In this document: piece by piece, positions 13,723 to 24,440 of the stretch
Layout of the letters: each line of letters begins with the position of its first letter
How positions within the stretch are numbered: the first letter of the stretch is position 1
Source: Eledone cirrhosa
Taxonomy: Eukaryota
Reading direction: 5' to 3'
Assembly: GCA_964016885.1 (NCBI GenBank)
Contig: OZ024740.1
Coordinates: 47,678,001-47,742,000 of the forward strand
Length of the DNA: 64,000 bases
The notes under the pieces: generated by a model
What the model was told of the DNA's origin: nothing
The model's database searches: none
Seen by the model: only the letters and a program-made list of their open reading frames with translations
Translations under genes and position numbers: made by a program

Positions 13723-14100
13723 TCATCATCATCATCATTTAACGTCCAACTTCCATGGTAGCATGGGTTGTGCGGTTTTGTCCCACTTGAGGCAAGGTTG
13801 GTCGGGAGACCATGTCTCACTCATACAGAACTGTTTTTGGCAGATTTTCTATGGCTGGATGCCCTTCTTAACACCAACCACATTTACAGTGTAGACATTT
13901 TACCGTGTCCCCGACATGACCGCTTTACAGTGTGGACTGGGTGTTTTTTGCCATGTCACCTACACGACCACTTTACAGTGGACGGAAGTGGGAGGATGGA
14001 GAAGGGAGTGGGGTGTAGCTGTTGTCTTTCATACGCATCACATGTCCATACCAACACAATCTCCTCTCTTGCACACAGTATTTGATATCTTTTATGCTTA
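13723..14100 (-). mobile_element. Degenerate RTE LINE 3' end
   Basis: (CAT)n tail, GGATGCCCTT..AACACCAACC 3' UTR motif and remnant of the RLRWYGHVMRMK coding region. Confidence 0.75.
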
Positions 14101-14267
14101 GTCTCTCAATTTTTGTATGATTATTGCAGCCAAATGTTCTTTCTACCATCAATCAGTTTACAGTATGGGCTGGATGCATTTCACCGTGCCACTGGCTCTA
14201 CAAACTCTGCCTGCCGATATGTATCATCATCAGCGTTAAACATATATACAGTAAGTCCCCATCTTAC

Positions 14268-14383
14268 GAACATCTGCAGATATAGTCCCACAAAGAAAAA
14301 AAAATGTTGTCTGAGTTTGAAATTCAGTTCTTTTGGGCCCTGAGTTTCTTCTTTTGCAGCATAAAAACAAGCCACAATCATAC
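14268..14383 (-). CDS. Internal exon of gene 2 (YDCGLFLCCKRRNSGPKRTEFQTQTTFFF...)
   Basis: CATAG acceptor, GTAAGA donor; phase-2 entry matches the exit of exon 19278-19374. Confidence 0.55.
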
Positions 14384-15001
14384 CTATGGTATAGGATACC
14401 ATTCTGCTTTTGCAGAATTGAAAAAGTACTTTTTTTTTTAACAATTTTTCCTCATTAGCTTTGCAATATTTGAATTCGTTATTACATGTTATATATACAT
14501 TTATATACTGTACTAGCCGAATTACCCACACCTTGCTGCGTTTCACATTTTTTTTGTAAGAAAATGATGATTGATTTTAAATCAGTGATATAATTTATGG
14601 AGAAAAACTCGGCATTTCAATATTACTCAATATAAAATGTAATGCATGAAAAATTGGGGAACATTATTTTTTTGTAATATGTCAAATCAAAATGACATTA
14701 TTAAATTTTATTCTTATTTTGTTTCTTGTAAATAATTTTTTTCAAAATATAAATTCAAAACTTTTGTGAATAGGCGTCATATCTTGTAATTTACCTATGG
14801 TTTAAATTTCATATAAATCGAAGGGAAAAAATTTTCAGCGGGGGTTTGTGCCCCCCGAGGGAACCCTTTGATTAAAATGAAATATACTTATCCAAGTACC
14901 CTAGGCAATGTAGTTTCAGAATATATATGGTTATGGGGGTCTATCTCCAAAACCATAGGAGGAGTTCGTGAACAAACAGACAGGAACTACAACTTTATAT
15001 A

Positions 15002-17575
15002 TCATCATCATCATCATCATCATCAACGTTTAACGTCCGTGTTCCACGCTTGCATGGGTTTGGACGGGGGTAGTCCCACTTGAGGCAAGAGTGATTGTCT
15101 TGCTCGCATAGGACTGTCTGGCAGGTTTTCTACAGTTGGATGCCCTTACTAACACCAACCACATTTACAGTGTGGGTCTGGGAGGTTTTTACCGTGTTGC
15201 CTACACGGCCACATTACAGCGTGGACTGTGTGTTTTTTTGTCGTGACACCTACACGATCTCATTTGTTTCGGCCTGGATGGCGCGGCACCAACATAACTT
15301 TACATAGAACGGGTGGTGTGGATGGGGTGGGGGTGGTGGCGGGACGGGGTGTATTTTGTTAGAGATGCCTACTGGCAAGGCGGGTCTTCTCTGTTACTGA
15401 GTACCGCCAAAGGTCTCGGTCCAGTGACATTGTCTTGGAGAGGTGTAAGTGTGTGAGGTCGGAGTTTATCAGCTCATCCCAGGTTTTTCTAGGTCTGCCT
15501 ATTCCGTGGCTACCGTCTATCTTTATTGCCCTGCACTTTGTTATACAGCTATCGACTTTCATGCGCATCACGTGTCCATACCAACGTAGCCTTCTCTCGA
15601 GTAAACAACATCTGATCCCTCTTATCTCTAATGTTTTCCTTAGTTCGTTTATGCTTTGCCGTTCACGTATATTACTGTTACACATCCAGCGGAGCATGCA
15701 AGCTTCGTTCCTCTCTAGTCTGCATATATCCTCTGCACACAATGCCCAGGTCTCACTGCCATGCAACATTGCTGTTCGTATGCAGGCATCGTACAACCTG
15801 CCTTTCATTTTTAGGGAGAACCCTTTAGCAGCTAATAGTGGTATAAGCTCTCTGAACTTTTTCCAACCAGTTCTGACTCTAGCTACAGTACTTTCAGAGC
15901 ACCCTCCCCCACTGCTGATTTTATCGCCCAGGTAACGGAAGCTGTCCACTATTTCTATAGAACCATCTGTGCAATGGAATGAATTAGTATTCTGTGGGCA
16001 CTTGCTGCTACTTATTGCACCAGAACACTGGCCACATGTAAAAGCTATGTTCTTAGTTAGCTTACCTGTGATCCCACTACATCTTTTATGCACCCATACT
16101 TTGCATTTAGGACATAAAATGGAGTTTCTACCTACGCCTTTCCTACACACCGAGCACGACCATTTCCCAGAAGGGACCGCCGCCTTGTTTTCTTTCCTAC
16201 AAACTAGAACTTTGGTCTTAGCCAGGTTAATTTTAAGTCCTTTTGACTCTAGGCCGTGCTTCCATGTTTGGAATTTCTTCTCTAGCTCGGCCATTGATTC
16301 CGCTATGAGTGTCAGGTCGTCTGCGTATAGGAGTTCCCATGGGCAGCCTGTCTTGAACTCCTCTGTTATAGCCTGAAGGGCAATAATAAATAGTAGGGGG
16401 CTGAGAACAGAGCCCTGATGGATGCCAACTTTTACGCTAAACTCTTCACTATATTCGTTGTTAATTCTAACCTTGCTGACTGTTTCTTTATACATGGCTT
16501 GTATAGCCCTTACAAGCCATTCGTCAACGCCTAGTTTTCTAAGAGCCCACCAGATAATGGAGCGGGGGACTCTGTCGAAGGCTTTCTCCAGGTCGACAAA
16601 AGCTAAGTAGAGGGGTTTACCTTTAGCTAGGTACTTCTCCTGTAGTTGTCGTACTATGAAAAGAGCGTCTGTGGTGCTTTTGCCTGACACAAACCCGAAC
16701 TGCATTTCATCTAGGTCAATTCTCTCTCTGATTAGTTGCGCTATTACTTTTTCCGTGACCTTCATGACCTGGTCGATTAATTTAATGCCTCTATAGTTAC
16801 TCCTATCTAGGGCGTCTCCTTTACCCTTATAACAGTTAACGATGATGCTGCTATGCCAGTCCTTCGGAACAACCCCATTCTGTACGACTTGGTTAACTAT
16901 GCGGGTGACCATGGTGTGTCCCACCGTGCCAGATGCCTTCAGCATCTCAGCAACTATTTCCGAAGGCCCAGCCGCCTTACCCGTCTTCATATCCTTGATT
17001 GCCTTACTTATTATACTCCCCTCGACTAACACTGCTGGTCCCTCTATTGGGTCGATATGGGGGAGACTGTCTTTCTCCCATTTATTCTCCTCATTTAGTA
17101 GCCTTTCATAGTGACACTTCCAAGCTACCTTCTTATCAGTGTCGGTGATGGCAAGTATGCCATCATCGTTAAGTACACACTTCTCCCCGACAATATCACG
17201 GTTTTCCTTGACGCATTGCCTAGCAATCCTGAACACCTCACGTTTTTGGTCATCGCGTTGTAGAACATGCTTGAACTTTCTTTCCTCAGCTTCCCTTCTT
17301 GCTAAGTACACTTCTCTCCTAGCTTCCCTCCTGGCCACTTGATAGTCTACTCTACTTCCCCCATCCTGCCATACTTTCCAAGACTGCTTTTTGGCCTTAA
17401 TTAACCCCTCCACCTTACTGTTCCACCACCATGTTACTCTCCTCCTGCCTACAGGCCTGCTCCAGCCACAGACTTCGTCTGTCGCCAACAGCAGGTTTGC
17501 TTTCAGAAATTCCCACTGTCCCTCTATATTGTCCGATTCTAGATGCTCTTCCTTACTGTCGAAAGCATCAAGTAA
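15002..17575 (-). mobile_element. RTE-clade LINE copy A (5'-truncated ORF2, RT domain, 3' UTR, (TGA)n tail)
   Basis: Stop-free 709-aa ORF 15359-17488 with QFGF, AFVDLEKAFDRV, GIHQGSVLSPLLF, LLYADD, FRYLG, RLRWYGHV and GRPRKTW. The frame continues upstream and resumes at 18521-18645. Confidence 0.95.
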
Positions 17576-18520
17576 TCATCATCATCATCATCATCACCGT
17601 TTTACGTCCGTTCTTCCACGCTAGCATGGGTTAGACGGGTTGTCCTGTTGTGGGCAGTGTCTGGTCGGCTGACCATGCCTTGCTCATACAGGAACTGATC
17701 TGGCTTGATTTCTACAGCTGGATGCCCTTCCTAACACCAACCTCATTTACAGTGAGTGCTGGGTGCTTTTTCGTGGCGCCTACACGTCCACTTTACAGTG
17801 TGGGCTGGGTGCTTTTTTGCCGTGGCACCTCCACGACCACCTTGCGGTGGGGTGGGGGGGGGCATATTGTTTATATGCTTCAGCATGTACCCATGGGAGG
17901 TCGGGTACCCTGTATTACTGCGTGACGCCAGAAGTCACGGTCGTGTGTCATTGACTTTGAGAGGTGTAGTTGGGTAAGGTCGGCTTTTATCACCTCATCC
18001 CAAGTCATCTTGGGTCTCCCCACTCCGCGGTTTCCATCAACTTCTAGTGCTCTGCACCTTTTTATGCAGCTGTCATCCTTCATACGCATCACATGTCCAT
18101 ACCAGCGTAACCGCCTCTCCTGCACGCAGCATTTGATTCCTCTTATGCTCAGTCTCTCTCTCAATTCATTTATGCTTTGTCGTTCACGTATATTACTGTT
18201 ACACATCCATCGGAGCATGCAGGCTTCGTTTCTCTCTAATCTACGTAAGTCTTCCACCTTCAGCGCCCAGGTCTCACTACCATGCAACATCGCTGTTCGG
18301 ATACACGCATCATACAGTCTGCCTTTCATTCTGAGGGAGAAGCCTTTTGCAGCTAGCAGTGGTAGTAGTTCCCTAAACTTCTTCCATCCCGTTCTTACCC
18401 TAGTTATTGTACTTTCTGAGCACCCACCTCCGTTGCTAATTCGGTCACCTAGGTAGCAGAAGCTGTCTACTGTTTCTACAGGGCCCTCCCAGAGATTGGT
18501 GGTACTTGTTTCCTGTGGCT
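17576..18520 (-). mobile_element. RTE LINE copy B (5'-truncated, different subfamily) nested inside copy A
   Basis: C-terminal ORF2 (VDSFCYLGD...RLRWYGHV...GRPKMTW), 3' UTR and (CAT)n tail; near-identical to 49001-49802. Confidence 0.92.
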
Positions 18521-18645
18521 GTTTGCTTGAAATTTATTTCTGGCTGTGGGGTCCTTTAGCTTCCATATTTTCCTCCTGAGGATAGTCCTCTTCTGCTGTC
18601 GAGTACGTCTCGTCCTGACTATGAGGTCGCTAATTATCAGTCTAT
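18521..18645 (-). mobile_element. 5' remainder of RTE copy A (end of endonuclease domain/linker)
   Basis: Reads RLIISDLIVRTRRTRQQKRTILRRKIWKLKDPTARNKFQAN and joins in frame to LLDAFDSKEE at 17575. Confidence 0.75.
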
Positions 18646-18935
18646 ATATAGATATATATCACTCGTATAGAAACTTGCAGTATCAATGTAAATTATATGG
18701 GCTTACTAGTACGTACTGTGTTAGACGATCAACTAACGAACTGACTCTTGGAACATAACTCATTCGTAAATTGGGGTCTTACTCATCATCATCATTTAAC
18801 ATCTATCTTCCATGCTAGCATGGGTTAGACAGGAATTCTCCCACTTGAGACAAGATTGATCAGGTGACCATGTCTCACTCATAAAGGACTGTATCTGGCA
18901 GGTTTTCTACAGCTGGATACCCTTCCTATATATAT

Positions 18936-19047
18936 ATAGGAAAAAGTTTAACCCCGACAACAGAGCTCAAGTCGTTTCGACGGCTATTTCCAGAAATAGC
19001 CGTCGAAACAGCTTGAGCTCTACCGTCGGGGTTAAACTTTTTCCTAT
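18936..19047. repeat. 112-bp near-perfect palindrome (55-bp arms, 2-nt centre)
   Basis: Arms are complementary at 50 of 55 positions. It lies in a short element bounded by (TA)n at about 18927 and 19125. Confidence 0.95.
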
Positions 19048-19124
19048 TACCCACTCTACTACTCTAAGTATTGAGTACTCTGGTGCGTTATGGTCCATCC
19101 AGTTCCCTACCACACTTCCTTCGT

Positions 19125-19155
<31 letters not shown>

Positions 19156-19277
19156 ACAGCAGGATAGATTTGATTTTATTACTGTTCACATTAAAAATTA
19201 CTGAAAAAAAGAAAGAAAATTATAATTCAATAAACACATCACTGCATCACATGTGAGTCCAAATATCCAAAATGTAC

Positions 19278-19374
19278 TTCTTTTTTATTTCTGTGGTGGA
19301 TGGTGAGTAGTAGGACTGCAACACCAAAAGTTGTTTACATTCATTATGGTCTGAGTTTTCTTCAGTATTATTTC
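19278..19374 (-). CDS. Internal exon of gene 2 (GNNTEENSDHNECKQLLVLQSYYSPSTTEIKK)
   Basis: AATAG acceptor, weak GTACAT donor; phase 1 in and phase 2 out fit both neighbours. Confidence 0.55.
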
Positions 19375-19399
19375 CTATTATTAATAATAAGGTGGTAGT

Positions 19400-19735
19400 A
19401 ATGGTGCCATTACAAAAAAGCACACAATCCCCTCTGTAAGGTGGTTGTACTGGTGCTGTGACTAAAAGCACCTAGCCTACTCTGTAAGGTGGTCATACTG
19501 TTGCTGTACAAAAATAACTCAGTCCACCTTGTAAAGTGGTAGAGCTGGTGCCACGATAAAAGCTCCCAGCACACTAAAGTAGTTGCCATTAGCAAGAGCA
19601 TCCCATCATGGAAAACTAAACATGAAAATGGATTGTATGAGTAAGGCATGGTCATCAAACTTGTCTAGCCTCATAACGTCCCTGTCCATCTAACCCATGC
19701 GGGCATGGAAAATAAGCATAAAACAGTTATGATAA
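19400..19735 (+). mobile_element. Degenerate RTE 3' UTR fragment
   Basis: Repeated ..CTGTAAAG(G)TGGT units and AACCCATGC..GCATGGAAA terminal motif. Confidence 0.6.
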
Positions 19736-20150
19736 GCTATGCAATACACATAAAAGCTGGAGTTACTTGTTCAGAGTAACAGTGTAAGGTAATTTAGAAT
19801 AATGTACTTAAAGTTTTAATATGAAATTTGAACGTTTTATTAAAACAGTGAGTCCAATAAAATGCTTTTTAGCGTGGAAGATAGACGTTAAATGAAGATG
19901 ATGATGATGATGATGACGATGATTGAATTCACTGTTTTAATAAAATATGTGTGTATCAGTATAAACATTCATGTCAAACAAATACTTAGGAATTAAGTTA
20001 CACCTAAAGGTAAATTTAGCCATTTCATTAACAGGTGGATAAAATATCAAATGGGATGATGGTGACTGGCTAAAACACTCAACACATGATGTCTCAGCAT
20101 AACTGTAGTCAGTGACTGAAACGAATAATATAATATATATATATGCCTAT

Positions 20151-20536
20151 GGAGGCACATGGCTTAGTGGTTAGAGCATTGGCCTTGCAATCGAAAGGTT
20201 GTGAGATCAATTCTCAGACCGGGTGGTGTGTTGTTTCCTTGAGCAAGACACTTTATTTCACATTGCTCCAGTTTACTCAGCTGAAGAAATGAGATGATAG
20301 GACTGGGGTCCCTATCATTCCACTGTAAAGTGGTCGTGGAGGTGCCACGGCAAAAAAGCACCCAGCCCACACTGTAAAGTGGATGTGTAGGCGCCACGGA
20401 AAAAAAGAACCCAGCACTCACTGTAAATGAGGTTGGTGTTAGGAAAGGCATCCAGCTGTAGAAATCAAGCCAGAATCAGTTCCCGTCCCACCCTTGCAAG
20501 CAGGGAAAAGCAGACATAAAATGATGATGATGATGA
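20151..20536 (+). mobile_element. tRNA-head SINE (family B) with RTE tail
   Basis: Near-identical to 9641-9962 with one extra 3' UTR repeat unit; ends in (ATG)n. Confidence 0.88.
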
Positions 20537-21602
20537 TACTTCAAAAGAAGGCACAATACATATTTCTATACCCTGGGGATTATGTCATCACATTATGATG
20601 CAAGACATCGTCAGATGTAAAAAAAAAAACAAACAAAGATTTAGGAAATATGTTTTGAACGTGGCAAGTGAAGATTTAGAATTAAAATAGAAGCGGTGAC
20701 GCTTCTATTTCACCACTTGTTTTAACTAAGAAAGAATCACAATAGTAAATAATAAAAGGTGAATAAATTCTAAAAAGAAAATAGTTATTAAAACTAGATA
20801 ATTATAATAGCATGTAATAAATGTAGATAATTAATTGAAAAGTAATTACTTGAAGTAAATATTATGTATGGAGCTGACATGAGGTCACATGATATCCAAA
20901 TTTACAAATTACTTATAAAGTATATGGCATAATACATAATACTTAAAATATATATCATAATACAAAATTATAAAAATATAAAAGAGTCCATATGATAGTT
21001 GTAGTGTAGAACTTCTACGGGCATGTATTGTTGGGTTTATGGCACAGTGTGTATGTTACAAAGCTTAGGCAGTGTGTAGTGTGCACATTGTGTAGTGTTT
21101 GTGTAATTACATTAGAAATGTCATAACATGGTGAAACATATTGTACAATAGAACACAATACAGTACATATGTAAGATAAAAGATATTAGAGTATCATGTT
21201 GATTCACTGAGATGTCATCAGCTGTGCTCTGTCAGGTTGCTGTTATAAGGCGGAATCTGTTCAAGCAAGTGAAATACTTAGTGTTGTTACATGTTTAGAC
21301 AGCAAAAAGACAATATTATAAATAAAATTCCATGAACTTTTAGTTTTAAAACAGTAGGTCTAATGTCAAAAGCCAGAGGTTAAAAGGAAAGCTAGAATTA
21401 GATTCATAAAAACAACTCTACCTAGATTAATTTAATTAATCAAAGGAGTAACAATAATAAAAGAAGAGACTAAAATAAAATTATTTCAATCATATTACAC
21501 CTTAAATAGCTCGCTATATAGGCTAAAAACTATAATTTGTAGAGCTTCATTTTTCCAAAATTATATTTACAATATGTATGATATAGAAACAGGCAACATG
21601 AC

Positions 21603-21699
21603 CTTCCTTTCCAAACTGTGTTGTTATTGACTCATTTTTTATTGCCTTTGTATTACTGTTCACGTCTTCATCTTCATGTAGTGTATCGAAAATATTCAG
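21603..21699 (-). CDS. Internal exon of gene 2 (LNIFDTLHEDEDVNSNTKAIKNESITTQFGKE)
   Basis: CTCTGCCTAG acceptor, AG|GTCATG donor; phase-1 exit matches the next exon. Upstream exons not resolved. Confidence 0.5.
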
Positions 21700-22865
21700 C
21701 TAGGCAGAGTCTAGTAAATTCCAAGTTATATCCCTAATAAAATTTGAACCCAGCACTGCTAATTTACAAAACACTTTGTTAGTGATTCAGTGTTAGTGAG
21801 TCAGCTAAATAGTCCTGTACTATACAGAAGGGCAGTGATTTAGCAGAGTCATTAGAATGTCAGGTAGAATGCTTTGTGGTATTCGTTCTGGTTCTATATG
21901 CTAAGGAGGAGGAATCAACTGTATTCAAACTAGAACAGGAGATGGAATCCATCAGATTTTTAAAAATACATAAGAAATGCTGTATGTCATAATGGCACCT
22001 CTATGACATGACTGGGAGTTAGAAAGCCATACATACACTACATGAAAGAGAAAATACAGAAACTCAATAGGTACACAAAAATATGCTGAGATTTCCAAGA
22101 GATTACTGTAGAACATCCAGTCAAGATAACATAATTAGCAATAAGTTAAAGACTTCTCATTGTTGTTGTTTAGGTCCAGTAGAGCTATAATCAAACATAT
22201 CAGCTGTCACCATTAGGGCTGGATTTAATAGGGGGAAATTGTGCCGAGCACTCTGCAGTGGGGGTCCCCACCAGCAATGGTCATAACAATTTATATGTGC
22301 CCCCATCTGGGATTTTTAGTTTTAGATGGTTAGATTTTTTTAATTCCAATTACTTGCACCAAGCTAACTTTGATATGTAAAATCGGGGGATTTGCTGTGT
22401 AGCCTAATTTTTTGTGTATGAGCCCCTGCCCCCAAACAAAAAACCTGAAGTGCCTTCGCATTATGGTCATTAGTCCAACGCCCTAACCACTAAGCCATGT
22501 GTCATAATCTTTTTTTTAAGGCAGTAGAGTGTTATTTGAAGGAGATTTGCTGTTATTTTCAGCAGATCAAGCAGCCATGTAGAGTTATCCCATTAGCTCA
22601 TACTAATGACTTCTTCAGATAGTATAGTAGAATTAATAGATAAGTTCCATTAACTATAGGAGACGTAATTGATAAGGTTTATAGTGACAAAAGTTGTTGT
22701 TGAAGTTGAAAACGTTTTGAGAACTGCTACCTATTGGCAAGAAACTATATCAGTTTACATAAGGGAGACTATATGATGTGCAACTGAGAAGCAAGATGCT
22801 GCAGAGCAGTGAAATATGTAAACTGTAAAAACACGTGGTATGTGTGTATATCATTGTCATTATCA

Positions 22866-23050
22866 TGGATTGGTAGTATCGGTAGAGGGTCGGACGCCAT
22901 GCTTTCCAGCATAGTTACGTCCCTTTACGATCTGAGTTCAAATCCCGCCAAGGTTAACTTTGCCTTTCATCCTTACGGGGTCGATAAAATAAAGTACCAG
23001 TAATGCACTGGGTGATTGCCCGGCCTTGTGCCTAAAGTAGAAACAATTAT
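22866..23050 (+). mobile_element. SINE family A
   Basis: High similarity to 2594-2780. Confidence 0.85.
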
Positions 23051-23665
23051 CATCATCATCACCATTTAACATTCATTTTTCCATGCTAGCATGGGTTAGA
23101 CCAGCTGTCCCGCTGTGAGACAAGTTTGATCAGATGACTATATCTTGCTCATATAGAACTGTTTCTGGCTAGGTCTCTACAATTAAGATTACCCTTCCTG
23201 ACACCAACCACATTTACTGTGTGGATGGGATGCTTTTTATGGTGACACCAGCATGACAACTTTATAGTGTGGACTGAACACTTTTTATCATGTCACCAAC
23301 ACAATCACTTGACAGTATAGGCTGGACGCTTTTTGTTGTGGCACCAAAATGACCAATTTACAGGGTGCTGGGGTGGGGGTATATATAGGGTGAGTATTGG
23401 AAAGGTAGATCTAAGGTGAGGTGCTTAGCTGATGAAGGGTGGAATATTAGGACGTGGGAAGAGAAGTGGTGCAGTACTGCATAATCCCAGAGATCTCGAT
23501 CTTGTCATTGCCTTTGAGAGGTGCAATTGTGCGAGGTCAGCTTTTATCACCTCTTCCATAACTTTCATCAACTTTGAGTGCCCTGCACCTTTTTATACAG
23601 CTGCCATCCTCCATACGTATTACATGACCACACCACTACAATCTCCTCTCCTGCACACTGCGTCT
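23049..23665 (-). mobile_element. Degenerate RTE 3' end, tail-to-tail with the SINE
   Basis: (CAT)n tail, 3' UTR repeats and eroded C-terminal coding sequence homologous to 17940-18130. Confidence 0.75.
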
Positions 23666-23701
23666 GATATATATATATATAATAAATAACATAATATAAT
23701 T

Positions 23702-23773
23702 ATTCCATTACCAAAGGTTTCAGGAAACTAGACGATACTTACAGAAACGTCCAGCTCATTCATCAGATGAAAT
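23702..23773 (-). ncRNA. Minimal type I hammerhead ribozyme (Penelope/retrozyme type)
   Basis: - strand order: stem I ATTTCAT, core CTGATGA, stem II AGCTGGACG..CGTCTAGTT, GAA, stem III ACC-TTT-GGT, A (GUA cleavage triplet), stem I' ATGGAAT. Confidence 0.75.
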
Positions 23774-23952
23774 GATTAAATAGCTCTGTACTATACATAG
23801 AGCACTCTTCTTCCCTTTACCTATTTTACAGAAATACTAAGGTAAGATTCTTTTGTTATCTTGTCAATTTAACATTCTTCATATGCATTGTCTTCAAGAT
23901 TCAAATTTGTGTTTCCTATTAAACAATGCTTCAAGCAAGCTACAAAACTCTG

Positions 23953-24012
<60 letters not shown>

Positions 24013-24110
24013 TAGCTTACTGTAAGCTGCTAAAATACAGGTTTGACTCTTAAATGGTCAATCAACCTGGGCACATAAACCTTAAGAGACAGGAAAAAAT
24101 GTGGACAGAG

Positions 24111-24440
24111 TCATCATCATCATCCCTGTTTAACGTCTGTCTTCCACGCTAGCATGGGTTAGACTGGAATTGTCCCACTTGAGGCAAGATTGGTCGGGTG
24201 ACCATGTCTCACTCATATAGGACTATCTGGCAGGTTTTCTACAGCTGGATGCCCTTCCTAACACCAACCACATTTACAGTGTGGACTGGGAGCTTTTTAC
24301 CGTGTTACCTACATGGCCACATTAGTGTGGACTGTGTTTTTTTGTTGTATACCAACATCACTTTACAGAGAAAGGGTGGTGTTGGTGGGAGTAGGGGTAG
24401 TGGGTTGGGTGTATATTTGGTTAAGAGGTGCCTACTGACT
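24111..24440 (-). mobile_element. RTE LINE 3' UTR fragment (A-like)
   Basis: Colinear with 15002-15380, including the stop codon region. Confidence 0.8.

Larger units (their letters stand above)
14513..18652 (-). mobile_element. Non-autonomous Helitron-like element (14513-15001 plus 18644-18652) split by RTE insertions
   Basis: On the - strand it starts 5'-TC (18652) after an A and ends CTAG (14513) before a T. There is an imperfect GC-rich hairpin near the 3' end and a TCTATATA..AAAGTTGTAGTTCCTGTCTGTTTG 5' end. Confidence 0.6.

Noticed and set aside
15435-17342. Several + strand ORFs
   Set aside because: Antisense frames of the RTE ORF2.
22604-22653. Candidate upstream exon of gene 2
   Set aside because: Splice signals and phase fit, but it is too short and AT-rich to support without RNA data.
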